Source: Mytilus trossulus (lineage: Eukaryota). Taken from it: DNA of 64,000 nucleotides. Where the stretch lies: NCBI RefSeq assembly GCF_036588685.1, contig NC_086377.1:69068001-69132000 (forward strand). Reading direction: 5' to 3'. The position numbers and the translations under genes were made by a program. A model generated the notes under the pieces. That model was not told the origin of the DNA and made no database searches. It was given only the letters and a program-made list of their open reading frames with translations. Below, one piece after another: positions 62,619 through 64,000 of this stretch (the stretch's first letter is position 1; every line of letters starts with the position of its first letter).

Positions 62619-63101
62619 ATGGAAGATGAAGGTCTGCCGTGGAGAAAGTTTCAGACAGATTTGCGACAAAAGGGGGAAGATATGCTTCAAGTATTTGTGA
62701 ATGACATAGACCGCAATGAACAATTAAGTAATAGAGAAGAGTTGTTGACATTAGCCAGCGCTCTAGCTGGTAGAGGTGTTATTCTCGAGGAGGTCCCCAT
62801 TGACAATGTTGACTCTGTGCCTTTGGTCAATCTTGAGCAATGTGATACAACCATACATGTACAAAACCCTGAAGATTTACTTCAAAATAATTCAAATGAG
62901 GGGAATGATGGTAGATAAAAAGCTGTTACGATTAGTGACATTGAACAATTTATTCTTGCTACCAGAAATGCAAATACTCGCACCAAAACTAAATCCGATT
63001 TGAAAATGTTCTATGAGTGGGCTGTATCCAATGGCGAGATGAGAATGGTTGAAGACATACCTTTTCCAGAGCTTGACGGGCTGCTCGCAAAATTTTATCT
63101 A
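62619..63101 (+). pseudogene. Crypton-type recombinase N-terminal exon, one in-frame stop
   Basis: MEDEGLPW...GR*KAVTISDIEQFILATRNANTRTKTKSDLKMFYEWAVSNGEMRMVEDIPFPELDGLLAKFYL. Confidence 0.7.
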
Positions 63102-63529
63102 GAGCTACAACTATTATGCAATGATTATAACTAATGCCACATAAAGAAATATCCACATGTATAATAGTTCCGGTATAATATTCGAATTAATGGACTTCTA
63201 TAGGTTATTATTAAGTAAAATAATCAAAAGTTCAATGAAGGATAAACAAGCTTAATTCAACTAGTTGTTTTCACTGACCCCCCTATCCTCCTCTTAACTT
63301 AATTTTGGAAAATTTGATTGACCCATAAGGTATAAAAATCAATGTCGGATAACCAAATCCTGCAACAGTTCAACCAAGTTTGTTTTTTTTATCTTACATT
63401 GATCTTTTGGTGTCGTCCCTTATTATATAGTCTGATTATAGCGTATAACGATATTACAAACTGGTTCATCAGTTTATGTTCATATTTTATATGTATTTTT
63501 TTACCAGTCTGCATACCGCCAGCAAGACT

Positions 63530-63735
63530 GCATTTTCAAGTATGAACGCAAGCTGATGGCGTTGCCTTTCCTTCCAGCAGATCACATCAGACCAACTTTC
63601 AAAACCTGAAAGACCTACAGACAAACCACTTCATCGTCTTGTTAAGTATGTAGAAAACACATGGATCAGCAGTACCGTTTGGCCCATGGAATCGTGGACA
63701 GCCTTCAGCTAGCCGACACGTACACGTAACAATAC
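63530..63735 (+). pseudogene. MULE transposase C-terminal fragment
   Basis: RKLMALPFLPADHIRPTF...LVKYVENTWISSTVWPMESWTAF...TRNN. Confidence 0.7.
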
Positions 63736-64000
63736 AGCATGAGATATTTTAAAGCGAGCGGAACTTTTACATGAGCGAGAAGGTTTCTACAGGTACGAGG
63801 TCATATCTGCAACACTAGAAACAAAAGGAATATCTCTTGCAGGAGTAAGTGCAGACGCTTTTGAAGATTTAAAACCTACAGAAATACATTCACTATTGGT
63901 ACATCGAGCAAAAGCTGAGGCATGCGATTTACTGAAAAGTTCGAACTGGCTGGCAATTCGTGTGATGAAAAACGGGATCTTTATCTTAGACTCTAGACAA

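Noticed and set aside
1-64000. CRISPR arrays, operons, rRNA or tRNA genes
   Set aside because: None seen; tandem arrays (166 bp, 220 bp, 21 bp) lack unique spacers, and the DNA has spliceosomal intron signals.
63740-64000. Open coding-like stretch at the window end
   Set aside because: Truncated and no recognisable motif.

Overview
AT-rich eukaryotic (animal) DNA. The repeat content suggests a bivalve mollusc, most likely Mytilus-like (inferred from recalled repeat families, not searched). The window is a dense, nested transposon graveyard with no prokaryotic features. Main elements: (1) a full-length but disabled BEL/Pao LTR retrotransposon (31430-40200), interrupted by a hAT-type MITE, whose flanks lack a matching TSD; (2) an apparently intact I-group (Nimb/I-like) LINE (~47030-53202; CCHC ORF1 plus APE-RT-RNase H ORF2, (CAAT)n tail) with a strongly base-paired 5' module, two 5'-truncated siblings and a SINE-like family sharing its tail; (3) five degenerate type I hammerhead ribozymes and a Penelope-like RT remnant; (4) fragments of Harbinger/ISL2EU-like, Academ (transposase and RecQ-like helicase), Crypton (x3), MULE, KDZ-type CxC, L1/Tx1-like and Helentron-type (HINE) elements, plus piggyBac-, Tc1- and hAT-like MITEs; (5) spliced exons missed by the ORF track: a phase-consistent USP (peptidase C19)-like exon chain with one stop codon, and a stand-alone HIRAN exon. 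All family assignments come from motif recognition by eye.
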